Shown here one piece after another: positions 32,491-42,492 of a stretch of 64,000 nucleotides of DNA (positions are counted from its first letter, which is position 1; every line of letters begins with the position of its first letter). The position numbers and the translations under genes are program-made. A model generated the notes under the pieces. That model was given only the letters and a program-made list of their open reading frames with translations. It did no database searches and was not told the origin of the DNA. The DNA is taken from NCBI GenBank assembly GCA_030698625.1, contig JAUYMS010000048.1:218404-282403 (forward strand). Direction: 5' to 3'. The stretch comes from Candidatus Omnitrophota bacterium (GTDB taxonomy: Bacteria; Omnitrophota; Omnitrophia; Omnitrophales; Aquincolibacteriaceae).

Positions 32491-33543
32491 GTGAATAATT
32501 CTTCCCGTTACGAGAGGCAGCAAATTCTCAGACACATCGGACGCGAGGGGCAGGAGCGCCTGAGCCAAGCGCGCGTGGCGGTGGTCGGACTCGGCGCCCT
32601 GGGGACGGTGTCAGCGGGCTTGCTTGCACGAGCAGGCGTGGGGCATCTGCTTGTAGTGGATCGCGATTTCCTGGAGATGCATAACCTGCAGCGGCAGGTC
32701 CTCTATGATGAAGCCGATGTGCGCGAAAATCTACCCAAGGCTATAATCGCAAAACGCAAATTAGAGAGTATCAATTCGGAGATTTATATCCGTGCGGAAG
32801 TAGCCGATATTAATTCCGATACCGTCGATGAAGTTTTGGGCGGCGTGGATCTGGTAATCGACGGCACTGACAACGTCGAAACACGTTTTCTGATTAACGA
32901 TTATTGCCTTAAGAATCGAATTCCGTGGATCTACGGAGGAGCCATAGGTACGGAGGGGATGTCGTATGTGGTTCTTTCCGAGGGGCCGCCTTGTTTGCGG
33001 TGCCTCTTCGGCGAGGCTCCTGGCCCGGGAACGACGCAGACATGCGATCAGGTCGGTATCCTGGCGCCGGTTGCGCATCTCATTGCTTCTTTTCAAGCGA
33101 CGGAGGCTATCAAGCTGCTTGCCGGCAAAAAAGACATGATCGACCGCAAGCTCTGGAAGGTCGATCTGTGGAGCCGTCAATTTAAAGCCATTTCGGTCGA
33201 TCATTTGAAGGAATCCCCGTGTGGGGGATGCCGTGACGGCGATTACACGTACTTAAAGAGGCAGGAAGGTTCGCGAGCCGTCACCCTGTGTGGGCGCAAT
33301 GCGGTTCAAATTTACTCGCACCGCAAAGAGCAGATTGATTTCAAACGTCTTGCTGAGAATCTTGCAGACAGTGCCGAAGTCAGTTTTAATGATTACTTAT
33401 TGAATATTCGCACTTTGCCGTACGAGATCACGCTCTTTCAGAACGGGCGAGCCATTGTGAAAGGCACCGAAGACACAGGGCAGGCCAGAAGCCTTTATGC
33501 GAAATATGTGGGCCATAAACCGCGGAGGGAATCAGAGGCATGA
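32491..33543 (+). CDS. ThiF/MoeB-family adenylyltransferase (E1-like, long C-terminal domain)
   Basis: RYERQ, GLGALG, DRD, NLQRQ, DGTDN, PCLRC, LCGRNAVQI; start uncertain (GTG 32491). Confidence 0.88.
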   Translation: MNNSSRYERQQILRHIGREGQERLSQARVAVVGLGALGTVSAGLLARAGVGHLLVVDRDFLEMHNLQRQVLYDEADVRENLPKAIIAKRKLESINSEIYIRAEVADINSDTVDEVLGGVDLVIDGTDNVETRFLINDYCLKNRIPWIYGGAIGTEGMSYVVLSEGPPCLRCLFGEAPGPGTTQTCDQVGILAPVAHLIASFQATEAIKLLAGKKDMIDRKLWKVDLWSRQFKAISVDHLKESPCGGCRDGDYTYLKRQEGSRAVTLCGRNAVQIYSHRKEQIDFKRLAENLADSAEVSFNDYLLNIRTLPYEITLFQNGRAIVKGTEDTGQARSLYAKYVGHKPRRESEA

Positions 33544-34013
33544 ATAAGGTTGTGATGACGCAAGAGGGTTATGAGAAAATGATGGAGGAACTGGGCTATC
33601 TCAAGTCCACTAAGCGCAAAGAGATTGCCGAACAGTTGGCGACGGCGCGGGCTCACGGTGATTTGAAGGAAAACGCCGAGTACGACGCAGCCAAGGAGGC
33701 CAAGCGCCACCTCGAGACGAAAATTGCGTCGCTAGAACTAAAGCTGTCGCAGGCGAAGATCGTGGACCTCAAGGATGTCGATCAAAGCAAGTCCTTTCTC
33801 GGGGCCACCCTTAAACTTAAGAACTTGGCATCGGGCGATGTCGTCAGCTACACGCTGGTCACCGAGGACGAAGCCAATATCGATACCGGGAAGATATCGA
33901 TTACGTCACCGATCGGAAAAGGCCTTTTGGGAAAAAGCACTAACGAGAAGGCTGAGATTCAAGTTCCCTCCGGAAAGATTACCTTCGAAGTTCAGGAGAT
34001 CAGTTATGGATAA
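33540..34013 (+). CDS. greA: Transcription elongation factor GreA
   Basis: AHGDLKENAEYDAAK, KISITSPIGKGLLG. Confidence 0.95.
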   Translation: MNKVVMTQEGYEKMMEELGYLKSTKRKEIAEQLATARAHGDLKENAEYDAAKEAKRHLETKIASLELKLSQAKIVDLKDVDQSKSFLGATLKLKNLASGDVVSYTLVTEDEANIDTGKISITSPIGKGLLGKSTNEKAEIQVPSGKITFEVQEISYG

Positions 34014-34821
34014 GACGCCCATTCTTCAAGCACCGTTTCGCTCACTCTTTGACCGGAATTTTTATGCCGCTATGACACGTGAGAATGTCGGCCGCGGCAT
34101 GCTCTACCTGGTTTATCTGGCGGCGATTGCCACCCTCATCGGGTGGCTTTTCTTTTCCAATCGCGGTATTCCGGAACTAACACGATTCATCGACTGGGCC
34201 AAGCAGGAGGTTCCCCCTTTGACTTGGACTCCCGAGGGACTTGTCATGAATGCACAAAGCCCCTATGTGATGTTTCATGAAGAGATGGGCAATGTCGTGA
34301 CGTTTGATATGACAAAGTTCGAAGTAGGTCTCCAGGACCTTGCTGATTCGCTGGTCTTTGTTACCTCCACGAAGATTTTTGTAAGGCAGGGAACCGGAGA
34401 TGTCCGCGTTTATGATCTGCTGCAGCCTGAAATCACACGGCCTCCCGGAGAATTAGTTCTAAATATTGATGCGGATACCATTCAGAAATTTTATGATGCC
34501 CTGAAGCCGTGGCTCCACGTCTTTTTTATCCTAATTTTCTTCCCGGCATTTTTTGTCTGGAAGGTGCTGGAAGGTCTTCTTTATTCGCTCATCGGATTAT
34601 TGATCAATACGCGAAGGAGGGAAAAACTCCCGTACGGCGCGATCTTAAACGTGACTTTTTTTGCACTGACACCGCTGACAATTGTCCAGGGGTTGGGATT
34701 TATGGCGCTGCCGTTTCTGGATCAACAACCTGTGAGCTCGCTGTTGGCATTAGTTCTGATTTCGACTTATCTCTTCCTGGCTATCCGGAAAACAGAAGTT
34801 GAGATGCCGGATTCTATTTAG
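34006..34821 (+). CDS. Membrane protein, DUF1189-like
   Basis: N-terminal TM, soluble loop, several C-terminal TMs; 8-bp overlap with greA. Confidence 0.6.
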   Translation: MDKTPILQAPFRSLFDRNFYAAMTRENVGRGMLYLVYLAAIATLIGWLFFSNRGIPELTRFIDWAKQEVPPLTWTPEGLVMNAQSPYVMFHEEMGNVVTFDMTKFEVGLQDLADSLVFVTSTKIFVRQGTGDVRVYDLLQPEITRPPGELVLNIDADTIQKFYDALKPWLHVFFILIFFPAFFVWKVLEGLLYSLIGLLINTRRREKLPYGAILNVTFFALTPLTIVQGLGFMALPFLDQQPVSSLLALVLISTYLFLAIRKTEVEMPDSI

Positions 34822-35680
34822 ATTTTTTTCCCGAGCCGAAATAGGTAATCGCGGCCCCGCCTAAGATAATCAGAAAAGCGCCGGATAACGCTTTCCAGCT
34901 GAGTCTTTCCCCCCAGAAAAGGAGTCCGTAGATGAATGACAGGAGCGGGCTCAGATACGAAAATGGCCCGACGAGCGATGCCGGTGCGCGGCGCAACGAG
35001 ATGGTCATCCACAGTTGACCGTAGAAAGCCCCAATGCCGACACCTGCCAAGGCAAGCCATTCTATCGGTGTCGGCCAACGAAACCCAAAACTGAGCAATC
35101 CGGCCGATCCTACGGTCGAAATAAGCGTAAAATAAAAAATGACTGTTAATGGGGACTCCCTGTGTTTGATGGCTCGTATCGAGACATAGGCTACTCCCGC
35201 GGCAACAGCCGATAAGAGACCTAGCAGAACTGGTAGGCCGCTTCCGGGCAACCGGCTATCGACGAGCAGGTAGACTCCGAGAAATGATATGAGGGTCATA
35301 AAGAAGGTGATGATCCCGGGGCGCTCCTTAAGGAAAAGAGTGGCCAAAATGGCCGAAAAAATAGGGGACGTATAATTTAAGATAACGGCAGTCCCTAAGG
35401 GGAGTTTGGTCAGGGTGTAGAAAAACAAGGTAAGTGCCACAAAACCGCTTGTTCCCCGGAGCAGCAAAATACCGTGTGCTTTCCCGACAAAGGAAACCTT
35501 TTTGGCAATGAGTAAGGGAAGAATCATGAGTGTCCCGAGGAGGCTGCGGAAAAAGACAATCTCAAAACTCGGCAAACCGGAGCTCGCCCACTTGACGCAC
35601 ATGGCCATGATCGAGAAGCAAACGGAAGCCTTCATCATGAGGACGATGCCGGATAAGTGGGGCCTGGAATGCGTTTTCAA
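34814..35680 (-). CDS. DMT/EamA family transporter
   Basis: About 10 TMs, EIVFFRS, YTSPIFSAILATLFLKER, FWGERL. Confidence 0.88.
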   Translation of the reverse strand: MKTHSRPHLSGIVLMMKASVCFSIMAMCVKWASSGLPSFEIVFFRSLLGTLMILPLLIAKKVSFVGKAHGILLLRGTSGFVALTLFFYTLTKLPLGTAVILNYTSPIFSAILATLFLKERPGIITFFMTLISFLGVYLLVDSRLPGSGLPVLLGLLSAVAAGVAYVSIRAIKHRESPLTVIFYFTLISTVGSAGLLSFGFRWPTPIEWLALAGVGIGAFYGQLWMTISLRRAPASLVGPFSYLSPLLSFIYGLLFWGERLSWKALSGAFLIILGGAAITYFGSGKKSK

Positions 35681-35731
35681 AGTGAGCGCATCATAGCATG
35701 GGATGGGTTATAATGACCACTGACCAACGTC

Positions 35732-37444
35732 ATGAATAAACACGACATTACTCACATCCTGGACGAAATTGCCTTCCTGAAGGAACTGCTCGGAGAAAAC
35801 ATGTTTAAGGTGCGCGCGTTTCAGAACGCCGTGCGCGTGCTCGAGTCTGACCCCCGCGAAATTCCGGAGCTCGTCGAAACCGGTGAGCTTGAGAAACTTA
35901 AGGGTATCGGGAAGGGGCTTTCCGCCGTTATCCGTGACCTCGTGAAAACAGGGAAATCCCAGGAGCACATTGCGTTAAAAAAGCAGTTTCCCGCGGGCCT
36001 CCTGGATTTGACTCGTATCCAAGGTCTGGGAGCCAAGCGCATTAAGGGGCTCTACGACAAACTCGATATCAAGTCAGTCGGAGAGTTGGAGTATGCGTGC
36101 AAGGAAAACAGACTTGTCGACCTTGATGGTTTTGGAGAGAAGAGCCAGCGCAACATTCTGGCAAGCATTGAGCATTTTAAAAAATCACGCGGCCATTTCC
36201 TGCTGCCGCTTGTGCGGGAAGAAGCCGCGGCATTTTGCGATTACTTAAAGAAGAAAAAGGGTTGTGATAAAATCGAAATCGCCGGGAGTCTCCGAAGACA
36301 CAAAGAGATCGTTAAAGACATCGATATCCTTGTGAGCACAAAGACCCCAGAAGCGATTCACAATGCCTTCGCGAAGTACCCGGAAGTTGAATCGGTTCTT
36401 GCTCACGGAGACACCAAGTCGAGCGTTATTCTCAAATCGGGAGTGCAGTGTGATCTGCGTACGGTTTCGGCTGTGGAATTTCCTTATGCGTTGTACTACT
36501 TTACCGGCAGTAAGGAGCACAATGTGGCGGTTCGCACGATTGCGAAGAGAAGGGGGATCAAGATTAATGAGTACGGACTTTTTCGGGGTAAGAAGCTTAT
36601 CCCATGCAAGAGTGAAGAAGATATCTTTAAAACCCTCGGCTTTAATTATATTCCGCCGGAACTTCGCGAAAACACCGGAGAGATCGAAGCTGCCGCAAAG
36701 AAGAAGTTTGCACCTCTCATACGGGATGAAGATATCCGCGGCGTTTTCCACGTGCACTCGAACTATAGTGACGGCAGTGCCTCTCTTGAAAGGATGGTCG
36801 TCAGGGCCCAGGAACTGGGGTATGAATATATCGGAATTTCAGATCACAGTCAGTCGGCCTTTTACGCGCGGGGGCTTAAGGAAGATCGAGTGAAGGCGCA
36901 GTGGAAGGAAATCGACCGGCTCCAGAAGAAAGTGGGGATTAGAATTTTTAAAGGGATCGAATCGGATATACTTCCGGACGGGCGATTGGATTATCCCGAC
37001 GCCCTCCTGGCGCAGTTCGATTTCGTGATCGGGTCCGTGCACAGCCGTTTTCAAATGCCCGGAAAAGAAATGACGAAGCGAATGATGCGAGCCGTTCAGA
37101 ACAAATACCTCACTTTTGTCGGGCACCCGACAGGGCGTCTACTTCTCGGGCGTGATGGCTATCAAGTCAACCTTACGCAGATTATCGATGAAGCGAAAAA
37201 GTGCGGGGTCGTGCCGGAACTGAACGCCAATCCGCAGCGCTTGGATCTGGATTGGCGCATGTGTCAGTACGCTAAGAAAAAAGGCGTCCAAGTGGGTATT
37301 CATCCGGATGCCCATTCTCCGGAAGGCCTGGAGGATGTCTCTTACGGTGTGGGTATTGCGCGTAAGGGGTGGCTTGAGAAAAAGGATGTTCTCAATACGA
37401 TGCCGTGTGCCGAGATTGAAAAGTTTCTCGCCAAAAGACGATGA
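35732..37444 (+). CDS. polX: DNA polymerase X with PHP domain
   Basis: GIGKG and GLGAK HhH motifs, AGSLRR, KDIDIL, YFTGSKEHN, PPELRE; PHP motifs HVHSNYSDG, SDH, PDAH. Confidence 0.94.
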   Translation: MNKHDITHILDEIAFLKELLGENMFKVRAFQNAVRVLESDPREIPELVETGELEKLKGIGKGLSAVIRDLVKTGKSQEHIALKKQFPAGLLDLTRIQGLGAKRIKGLYDKLDIKSVGELEYACKENRLVDLDGFGEKSQRNILASIEHFKKSRGHFLLPLVREEAAAFCDYLKKKKGCDKIEIAGSLRRHKEIVKDIDILVSTKTPEAIHNAFAKYPEVESVLAHGDTKSSVILKSGVQCDLRTVSAVEFPYALYYFTGSKEHNVAVRTIAKRRGIKINEYGLFRGKKLIPCKSEEDIFKTLGFNYIPPELRENTGEIEAAAKKKFAPLIRDEDIRGVFHVHSNYSDGSASLERMVVRAQELGYEYIGISDHSQSAFYARGLKEDRVKAQWKEIDRLQKKVGIRIFKGIESDILPDGRLDYPDALLAQFDFVIGSVHSRFQMPGKEMTKRMMRAVQNKYLTFVGHPTGRLLLGRDGYQVNLTQIIDEAKKCGVVPELNANPQRLDLDWRMCQYAKKKGVQVGIHPDAHSPEGLEDVSYGVGIARKGWLEKKDVLNTMPCAEIEKFLAKRR

Positions 37445-38088
37445 GAGAATCGAAGGAAAAAAAGAAGATAAGGGTCCAGGCCATTGTAAAGCGTTTGCGG
37501 CGAGCCCATCCGGACGCAAAGTGCGCCCTCACGTTTTCGGACCCCTGGCAGCTGCTCGTGGCCACGATCCTATCGGCGCAATGCACCGATAAGCGCGTGA
37601 ATAGGGTGACGCCCCACCTATTTAAGCGATACAAGGCAATAAAAGATTATGCCGAAGCGGACCTGAAGGTTCTAGAAACCGAAATCCGGTCAACCGGTTT
37701 CTACAGACACAAGGCGAAGAACATTCTCGGGTCTGCAAAAAGGATAACCGAAGAATTCGGCGGCCGAGTCCCCCAAAAACTGGAAGAGTTGGTGACCTTG
37801 CCCGGAATTGGCCGCAAGACGGCCAACGTCGTTTTGGGGAACGCGTTCGGCGTGCCTGGTCTGACGGTGGATACGCATATGATTCGTCTCAACCGGCGTC
37901 TGGGACTTACGAAAAACACGGATGCTGTCAAAATCGAATTCGATCTTATGCCGCTCGTCCCCAACAATGAATGGACCGATTATTCTCACCTGATTATTCA
38001 CCACGGTAGGGCGCGCTGTAATGCGCGCAAGCCGGATTGCGCGGGATGCGAAATTAAAGATCTCTGTCCTTCGGCGGGGAAGGTCTGA
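37441..38088 (+). CDS. nth: Endonuclease III
   Basis: LSAQCTD, LPGIGRKTANVV, VDTH, C-X6-C-X2-C-X5-C. Confidence 0.96.
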   Translation: MRESKEKKKIRVQAIVKRLRRAHPDAKCALTFSDPWQLLVATILSAQCTDKRVNRVTPHLFKRYKAIKDYAEADLKVLETEIRSTGFYRHKAKNILGSAKRITEEFGGRVPQKLEELVTLPGIGRKTANVVLGNAFGVPGLTVDTHMIRLNRRLGLTKNTDAVKIEFDLMPLVPNNEWTDYSHLIIHHGRARCNARKPDCAGCEIKDLCPSAGKV

Positions 38089-38089
38089 G

Positions 38090-39220
38090 ATGGACGTCAA
38101 AGCGCTGGCTCGCGAAGTGGGTTTTGACGTAGTCGGTATCACGGAGATTGCATCCTTGGAGAAAGGGAAGGAGGCGATCCTTCAATGGGTCCGAGAGGGC
38201 AAGCACGGAACCATGCGGTATCTGGAGGATTACGCGGCACGTTTTGACCGGCTCTTTAAGGATTTTCCAGATGCACGCGGTGTGATTGTGCTTGGGACCA
38301 ATTATTACCAGAAAGCCCCGGAGGAATGGGCCGAGACTGAGACGCGGGGTCGCGGACGCGTGGCTCGCTACGCGTGGGGTCAGGACTACCACGAGGTGAT
38401 TCGGGAGCGCCATGCCAAGCTGATTGCAAGGTTGCGCGAAAAAACCGGTGAGGTACTGCGTGCGACTTCTTGTGTCGACACTCAACCGTTGCCGGAAAGG
38501 TTCGCTGCGCAGCAGGCAGGCCTGGGATTTTTTGGAAAGCATACGGGACTTTTAAGCAAGGACTTCGGCCCGTGGCTTTTTATCTCCGAGATTGTCACGA
38601 ATTTGGATTTGACCCCAGATATGCCGGATTCCGGTAACTGCGGCACTTGTGTCGAATGCCAGCGGATTTGTCCGACGGGCGCGCTCGATGAAGACTATCG
38701 CATGGACGCGCGTCTCTGTATTTCCTACCTGACCATTGAACACAAAGGTGTCATTCCTAGAGAGCTACGGCCTAAGATAAAAGATTGGATTTTTGGGTGT
38801 GATGAGTGTCTCGAGGTGTGTCCTTTTACGTCCAAAGCCAAGACGGAAATATGGGACGAATTTAAACCGGCGGCCGGAGCGGGATCTGTTCTGGATCTTG
38901 AGAAAATCATATCACTGACTACCAATTCCCGTCATGAGACGATGTTTCGATCGTCGGCGTTAAAACGTGCCGGTCGGAAGCAAATGTTGAGAAATGCCTG
39001 CATTGTCTTGGGCAACTCGGGCTCTCGAGGGGCCGTTGGCCTTCTCGAAAAGGCCCTTCAAGACTCCGCGCCTCTCGTCAGGCTGCATGCCGCTTGGGGC
39101 TTGGGGCAATTGCCCTACCCTGAGGCCCGAGGCATCCTTGAGAACCGCGCGGCTGTGGAATCCGACCCGGATGTCCAGGGTGAGATTCGAGCAGCCCTGA
39201 ATCCTCTTGAAATCCCCTAA
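38090..39220 (+). CDS. queG: Epoxyqueuosine reductase with C-terminal HEAT repeat
   Basis: VARYAWGQDYH, VDT, CGTCVECQRICPTGAL, CISYLTIE, FGCDECLEVCP. Confidence 0.93.
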   Translation: MDVKALAREVGFDVVGITEIASLEKGKEAILQWVREGKHGTMRYLEDYAARFDRLFKDFPDARGVIVLGTNYYQKAPEEWAETETRGRGRVARYAWGQDYHEVIRERHAKLIARLREKTGEVLRATSCVDTQPLPERFAAQQAGLGFFGKHTGLLSKDFGPWLFISEIVTNLDLTPDMPDSGNCGTCVECQRICPTGALDEDYRMDARLCISYLTIEHKGVIPRELRPKIKDWIFGCDECLEVCPFTSKAKTEIWDEFKPAAGAGSVLDLEKIISLTTNSRHETMFRSSALKRAGRKQMLRNACIVLGNSGSRGAVGLLEKALQDSAPLVRLHAAWGLGQLPYPEARGILENRAAVESDPDVQGEIRAALNPLEIP

Positions 39221-39336
39221 AGACTCCCGCCTTAAGTCATTTCATATAAAAGAGTTAGCGCAGTTTTATGCGAGGCAATGATTTGCGCACATCATATAGC
39301 AATAACGATCTTTCATAAAAACTAACACCCAAAAAT

Positions 39337-39400
39337 TTGCATTGGCATTCATTGTTATGTAATCTTATATACAGATCATGATTGTGTTTACCATGATCTG
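39337..39400 (+). promoter_or_regulatory. Putative promoter plus 9-bp inverted repeat ahead of the signalling/pilus locus
   Basis: TTGCAT-N17-TAATCT, then CAGATCATG-N11-CATGATCTG just before the GAAGGA SD. Confidence 0.5.
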
Positions 39401-39411
39401 GAAGGATATCT

Positions 39412-39669
39412 ATGGATAACGGTCACGAAAATCCCGAGGAAGCACCGATTCCGCCTCCACAGAATCAGATCATGACTCTTCAACAGGTCGCCGACTATCT
39501 TGGATTGCACCATCTGACTATCTACAAATTGGTGCAGGAGAGAAAAATTCCCGCCGCTAAAGTCGGCGGAAGCTGGCGATTCAAGAAAGATGTCCTCGAT
39601 CAGTGGATCGAGCAGGATATGGCGCAGAGGGGCAGTCGAAGCGGTCGAAACGGCCGCAACGGAAACTAG
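39412..39669 (+). CDS. Small excisionase-like (HTH_17) DNA-binding protein
   Basis: [37 protein letters not shown]. Confidence 0.88.
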   Translation: MDNGHENPEEAPIPPPQNQIMTLQQVADYLGLHHLTIYKLVQERKIPAAKVGGSWRFKKDVLDQWIEQDMAQRGSRSGRNGRNGN

Positions 39670-39676
39670 AATCGAC

Positions 39677-41998
39677 ATGAACGACGAACAAAGGCTACCA
39701 CCGGCAGCCGATGATGTTAAGCGTCTCCGTGACGCTGAGTCAAAGGCTCGTACGATCCAAAAACAGAGCGAGCAGATTCTGTCCGCGATTACTTCGATTT
39801 TGATCGGCATCGACCGTGATGGGAAAGTGACCCATTGGAATTTGATTGCTGAGGAAACCTTCCGTATCGCGTCCAAGGATGCCATAAAACAGAGTTTGAG
39901 ATCCTGTAAGATCGATTGGGATTTTGAGCTTCTCAATCGGGCGATTTCCGAAGTGATGGAGAAAAGACAAAGTATCCGGATGAAAGATCTGAGATTCAAA
40001 CGAGTGAATGGGAAAGAAGGACTTCTTGGTTTTAGTGTGAATCCAATCGTCGGTGAAGCCGACGGCGACTGCGGCATACTTCTATTGGGAGCGGATATTA
40101 CCGAGCGGCGGCGGGAACAAGCGCAGCTCAAGAGCCATGCCGAGGCCCTTGAGATTGCCAAAGCACGCATCGAGGAAGAGAAGCTCAAGGATCATGCCCT
40201 CCTTGAAAGCATCGGTGACGGGGTTATCGCCACCGATCGAGAAGGACGCGTTATCCTAGCTAATACCCCTGCGGTATCCATGTTTGGATGGGATAGCCAG
40301 GCTATCCTCGGCAAGCCGATTACCGAATCGTTGGTACTCCAGGACGAGAGGCGCTCCTGGATCCCCGAAAACGAGCGCCCCATACCGGTAGCACTGAAGA
40401 CCGGCAAGAAGACTCGCATGGAGGCCTACTTCGTGCGTCCCGATGAATCGCGGTTTCCCATTGCCATAACCGCGTCGCCCATTATTTTTGAGAATAAGAT
40501 TATCGGCGTCATTGAAACAATTCGTGACATCTCTCAGGAAAAAGAGATCGACCGCATGAAAACGGAGTTTATTTCGACCGTCTCGCACGAGTTGCGGACT
40601 CCGCTTACCACGATCCGTGAAGGTGTGGCCCAGGTACTCGAAGAATTGCTCGGCCCGCTCAACGACGACCAAAAGGAATTCTTGGATATCGCACGCCGCG
40701 AAGTCGACCGCCTTGCGGCCATTATTAATGACCTGCTCGATATTTCGAAGATAGAATCCGGAAATATTACATTCAAAAGGGTCCATGTGAACGTGAATGA
40801 GCTCATTAAGAGGGTTGTCGCCAATTGTCAGAGTTTGATTAAGAGCAAAGAACTGACATTGGAAACCGTGTTGCCTGAGCATGCCGTTGAGGCTTTCCTG
40901 GATCAAGATAAGATGGTGCAGACAATCACTAACTTTGTTTCAAATGCCTATAAGTTTACCGAGCCGGGAGGATCGATTCGGGTGGGTCTTAAAGACTCTG
41001 AGACGGAGCTTTTCATCTATGTCGAAGACACAGGCATTGGCATCGGCGAAGACGACGTCCCAAAACTTTTCAACAAATTTGTTCAGATCGGACGTACAGC
41101 CGGTCCGGGCATTAAAGGCACGGGACTCGGACTGACCATCGCGAAGAATCTTATTCAGATGCACGGAGGGAAGGTCTGGGTAGAATCTGAAGTCGGAAAA
41201 GGCAGCAGGTTTACTTTTAGTATCCCGAAGACCAAAAAAGAATTTGTGGCTCAGGAAAATGTAAATCACGGAATTAGGGACTATTCCGGAAACGGAAAGC
41301 CGTTGTCGCTCATCCTCTGGAAAATGGAATCCGCAAACGGAGGTGCGAACGGTGCCTCAACCGACAATCTCCGCAGCGTTTTTGAAGCAGCGGGACGTAA
41401 TATCCAGGAGATCATGAACAACGAGGCAGAAGTTTACCCCATCGACGTCAACGAGGGATTTATTTTGCTGCCGGGTTACAGCAAGGAGAAGGCCATGGCG
41501 GTTCGTGACAAATTGACGCAGGGCACGCGCGAATTCGTCGACCAACTGCGAAAAGAGGGCCCCGTAGAGATGAACGTACAGTTTGGCGTTTCCACTTACC
41601 CCGAAGAGGCCGTCACCAGCAAGGACCTTCTACTCAAAGCCGAAATATCGCTGAAACAGGGCTATCTGGGTGCCGAGAGAAGGGCGCATACGCGTACGGC
41701 CTTTGAAATGAACATCAGTTTGGCGTCAGAGCCCGGGCAGGCGGTGGATTCGCAGACCGTCGACATCAGCGCTGGAGGCATGAGGATCTGCTGTGGTAAC
41801 GAGCTGCCGGTCGGTAGTGTCCACGAAGTCCTCTTCTCGCTTCCGAAGGATCATGGAGTCGTACAGGCGAAAGGAGTCGTCGTTTGGTCGCAGAAGGGCA
41901 ATGAGGACGCGGGGTATATCTGCGGCGTCAAATTTGTGGGCATGTCTGCGGCCCATCAAGAGAAACTTAACGGTTTTATAAAAAGAGAACTGGCTTAG
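39677..41998 (+). CDS. Cytoplasmic histidine kinase: PAS-PAS-HisKA-HATPase-degenerate GGDEF-like-PilZ
   Basis: No TM seen; SHELRTP, NAYKFT, GTGLGL; [15 protein letters not shown]; ERRAHTR and DISAGG. Confidence 0.88.
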   Translation: MNDEQRLPPAADDVKRLRDAESKARTIQKQSEQILSAITSILIGIDRDGKVTHWNLIAEETFRIASKDAIKQSLRSCKIDWDFELLNRAISEVMEKRQSIRMKDLRFKRVNGKEGLLGFSVNPIVGEADGDCGILLLGADITERRREQAQLKSHAEALEIAKARIEEEKLKDHALLESIGDGVIATDREGRVILANTPAVSMFGWDSQAILGKPITESLVLQDERRSWIPENERPIPVALKTGKKTRMEAYFVRPDESRFPIAITASPIIFENKIIGVIETIRDISQEKEIDRMKTEFISTVSHELRTPLTTIREGVAQVLEELLGPLNDDQKEFLDIARREVDRLAAIINDLLDISKIESGNITFKRVHVNVNELIKRVVANCQSLIKSKELTLETVLPEHAVEAFLDQDKMVQTITNFVSNAYKFTEPGGSIRVGLKDSETELFIYVEDTGIGIGEDDVPKLFNKFVQIGRTAGPGIKGTGLGLTIAKNLIQMHGGKVWVESEVGKGSRFTFSIPKTKKEFVAQENVNHGIRDYSGNGKPLSLILWKMESANGGANGASTDNLRSVFEAAGRNIQEIMNNEAEVYPIDVNEGFILLPGYSKEKAMAVRDKLTQGTREFVDQLRKEGPVEMNVQFGVSTYPEEAVTSKDLLLKAEISLKQGYLGAERRAHTRTAFEMNISLASEPGQAVDSQTVDISAGGMRICCGNELPVGSVHEVLFSLPKDHGVVQAKGVVVWSQKGNEDAGYICGVKFVGMSAAHQEKLNGFIKRELA

Positions 41999-42016
41999 GA
42001 CGTGCAGGAGGAAACC

Positions 42017-42400
42017 ATGGGAAAGAAGAAAGTTTTATTTGTTGATGATGAACCGATGATTGTCAAAATTATGAAGAGTCGGCTGGAAGCTAATAATTAT
42101 GAGGTTTTTACAGCCCTCTCTGGGCAAGAGGCTATTGAACTGGCCCTGGGGCAGAAACCCGATCTCATCCTCTTGGATATCCTTATGCCCGATTTGAATG
42201 GCTATGAGGTATGCGGGCGTCTGAAATCCAACCCGAGGACAAAGGAAATTCCGGTGATCATGTTCACGGCGTTGCAGGAGGATGAATGCAAGGAGCGTTC
42301 CGAAGAAATGGGAGCCGTCGAAATCATCCGCAAGCCCTTTGTCGGCGATCTTGTGAGGGCTATCCGCAAAGTATTTGAGCAGGAATTCAGCAGCCAGTAG
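42017..42400 (+). CDS. Single-domain response regulator (REC)
   Basis: VLFVDDE, LDILMPDLNG, FTA, KP; AGGAGG SD. Confidence 0.9.
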   Translation: MGKKKVLFVDDEPMIVKIMKSRLEANNYEVFTALSGQEAIELALGQKPDLILLDILMPDLNGYEVCGRLKSNPRTKEIPVIMFTALQEDECKERSEEMGAVEIIRKPFVGDLVRAIRKVFEQEFSSQ

Positions 42401-42492
42401 CAGGTTTCGGCAGGAAATTATTGTCACTAGGAACGGTATCGTGGCTCTTGAGAAATTGAAGGGAGAATTCCTAACAGGAATCAAACCAGATC

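Noticed and set aside
39412-39669. Excisionase-like gene as a sign of a prophage or ICE
   Set aside because: No integrase, att-like repeats, tRNA or phage genes; flanks are housekeeping and signalling genes
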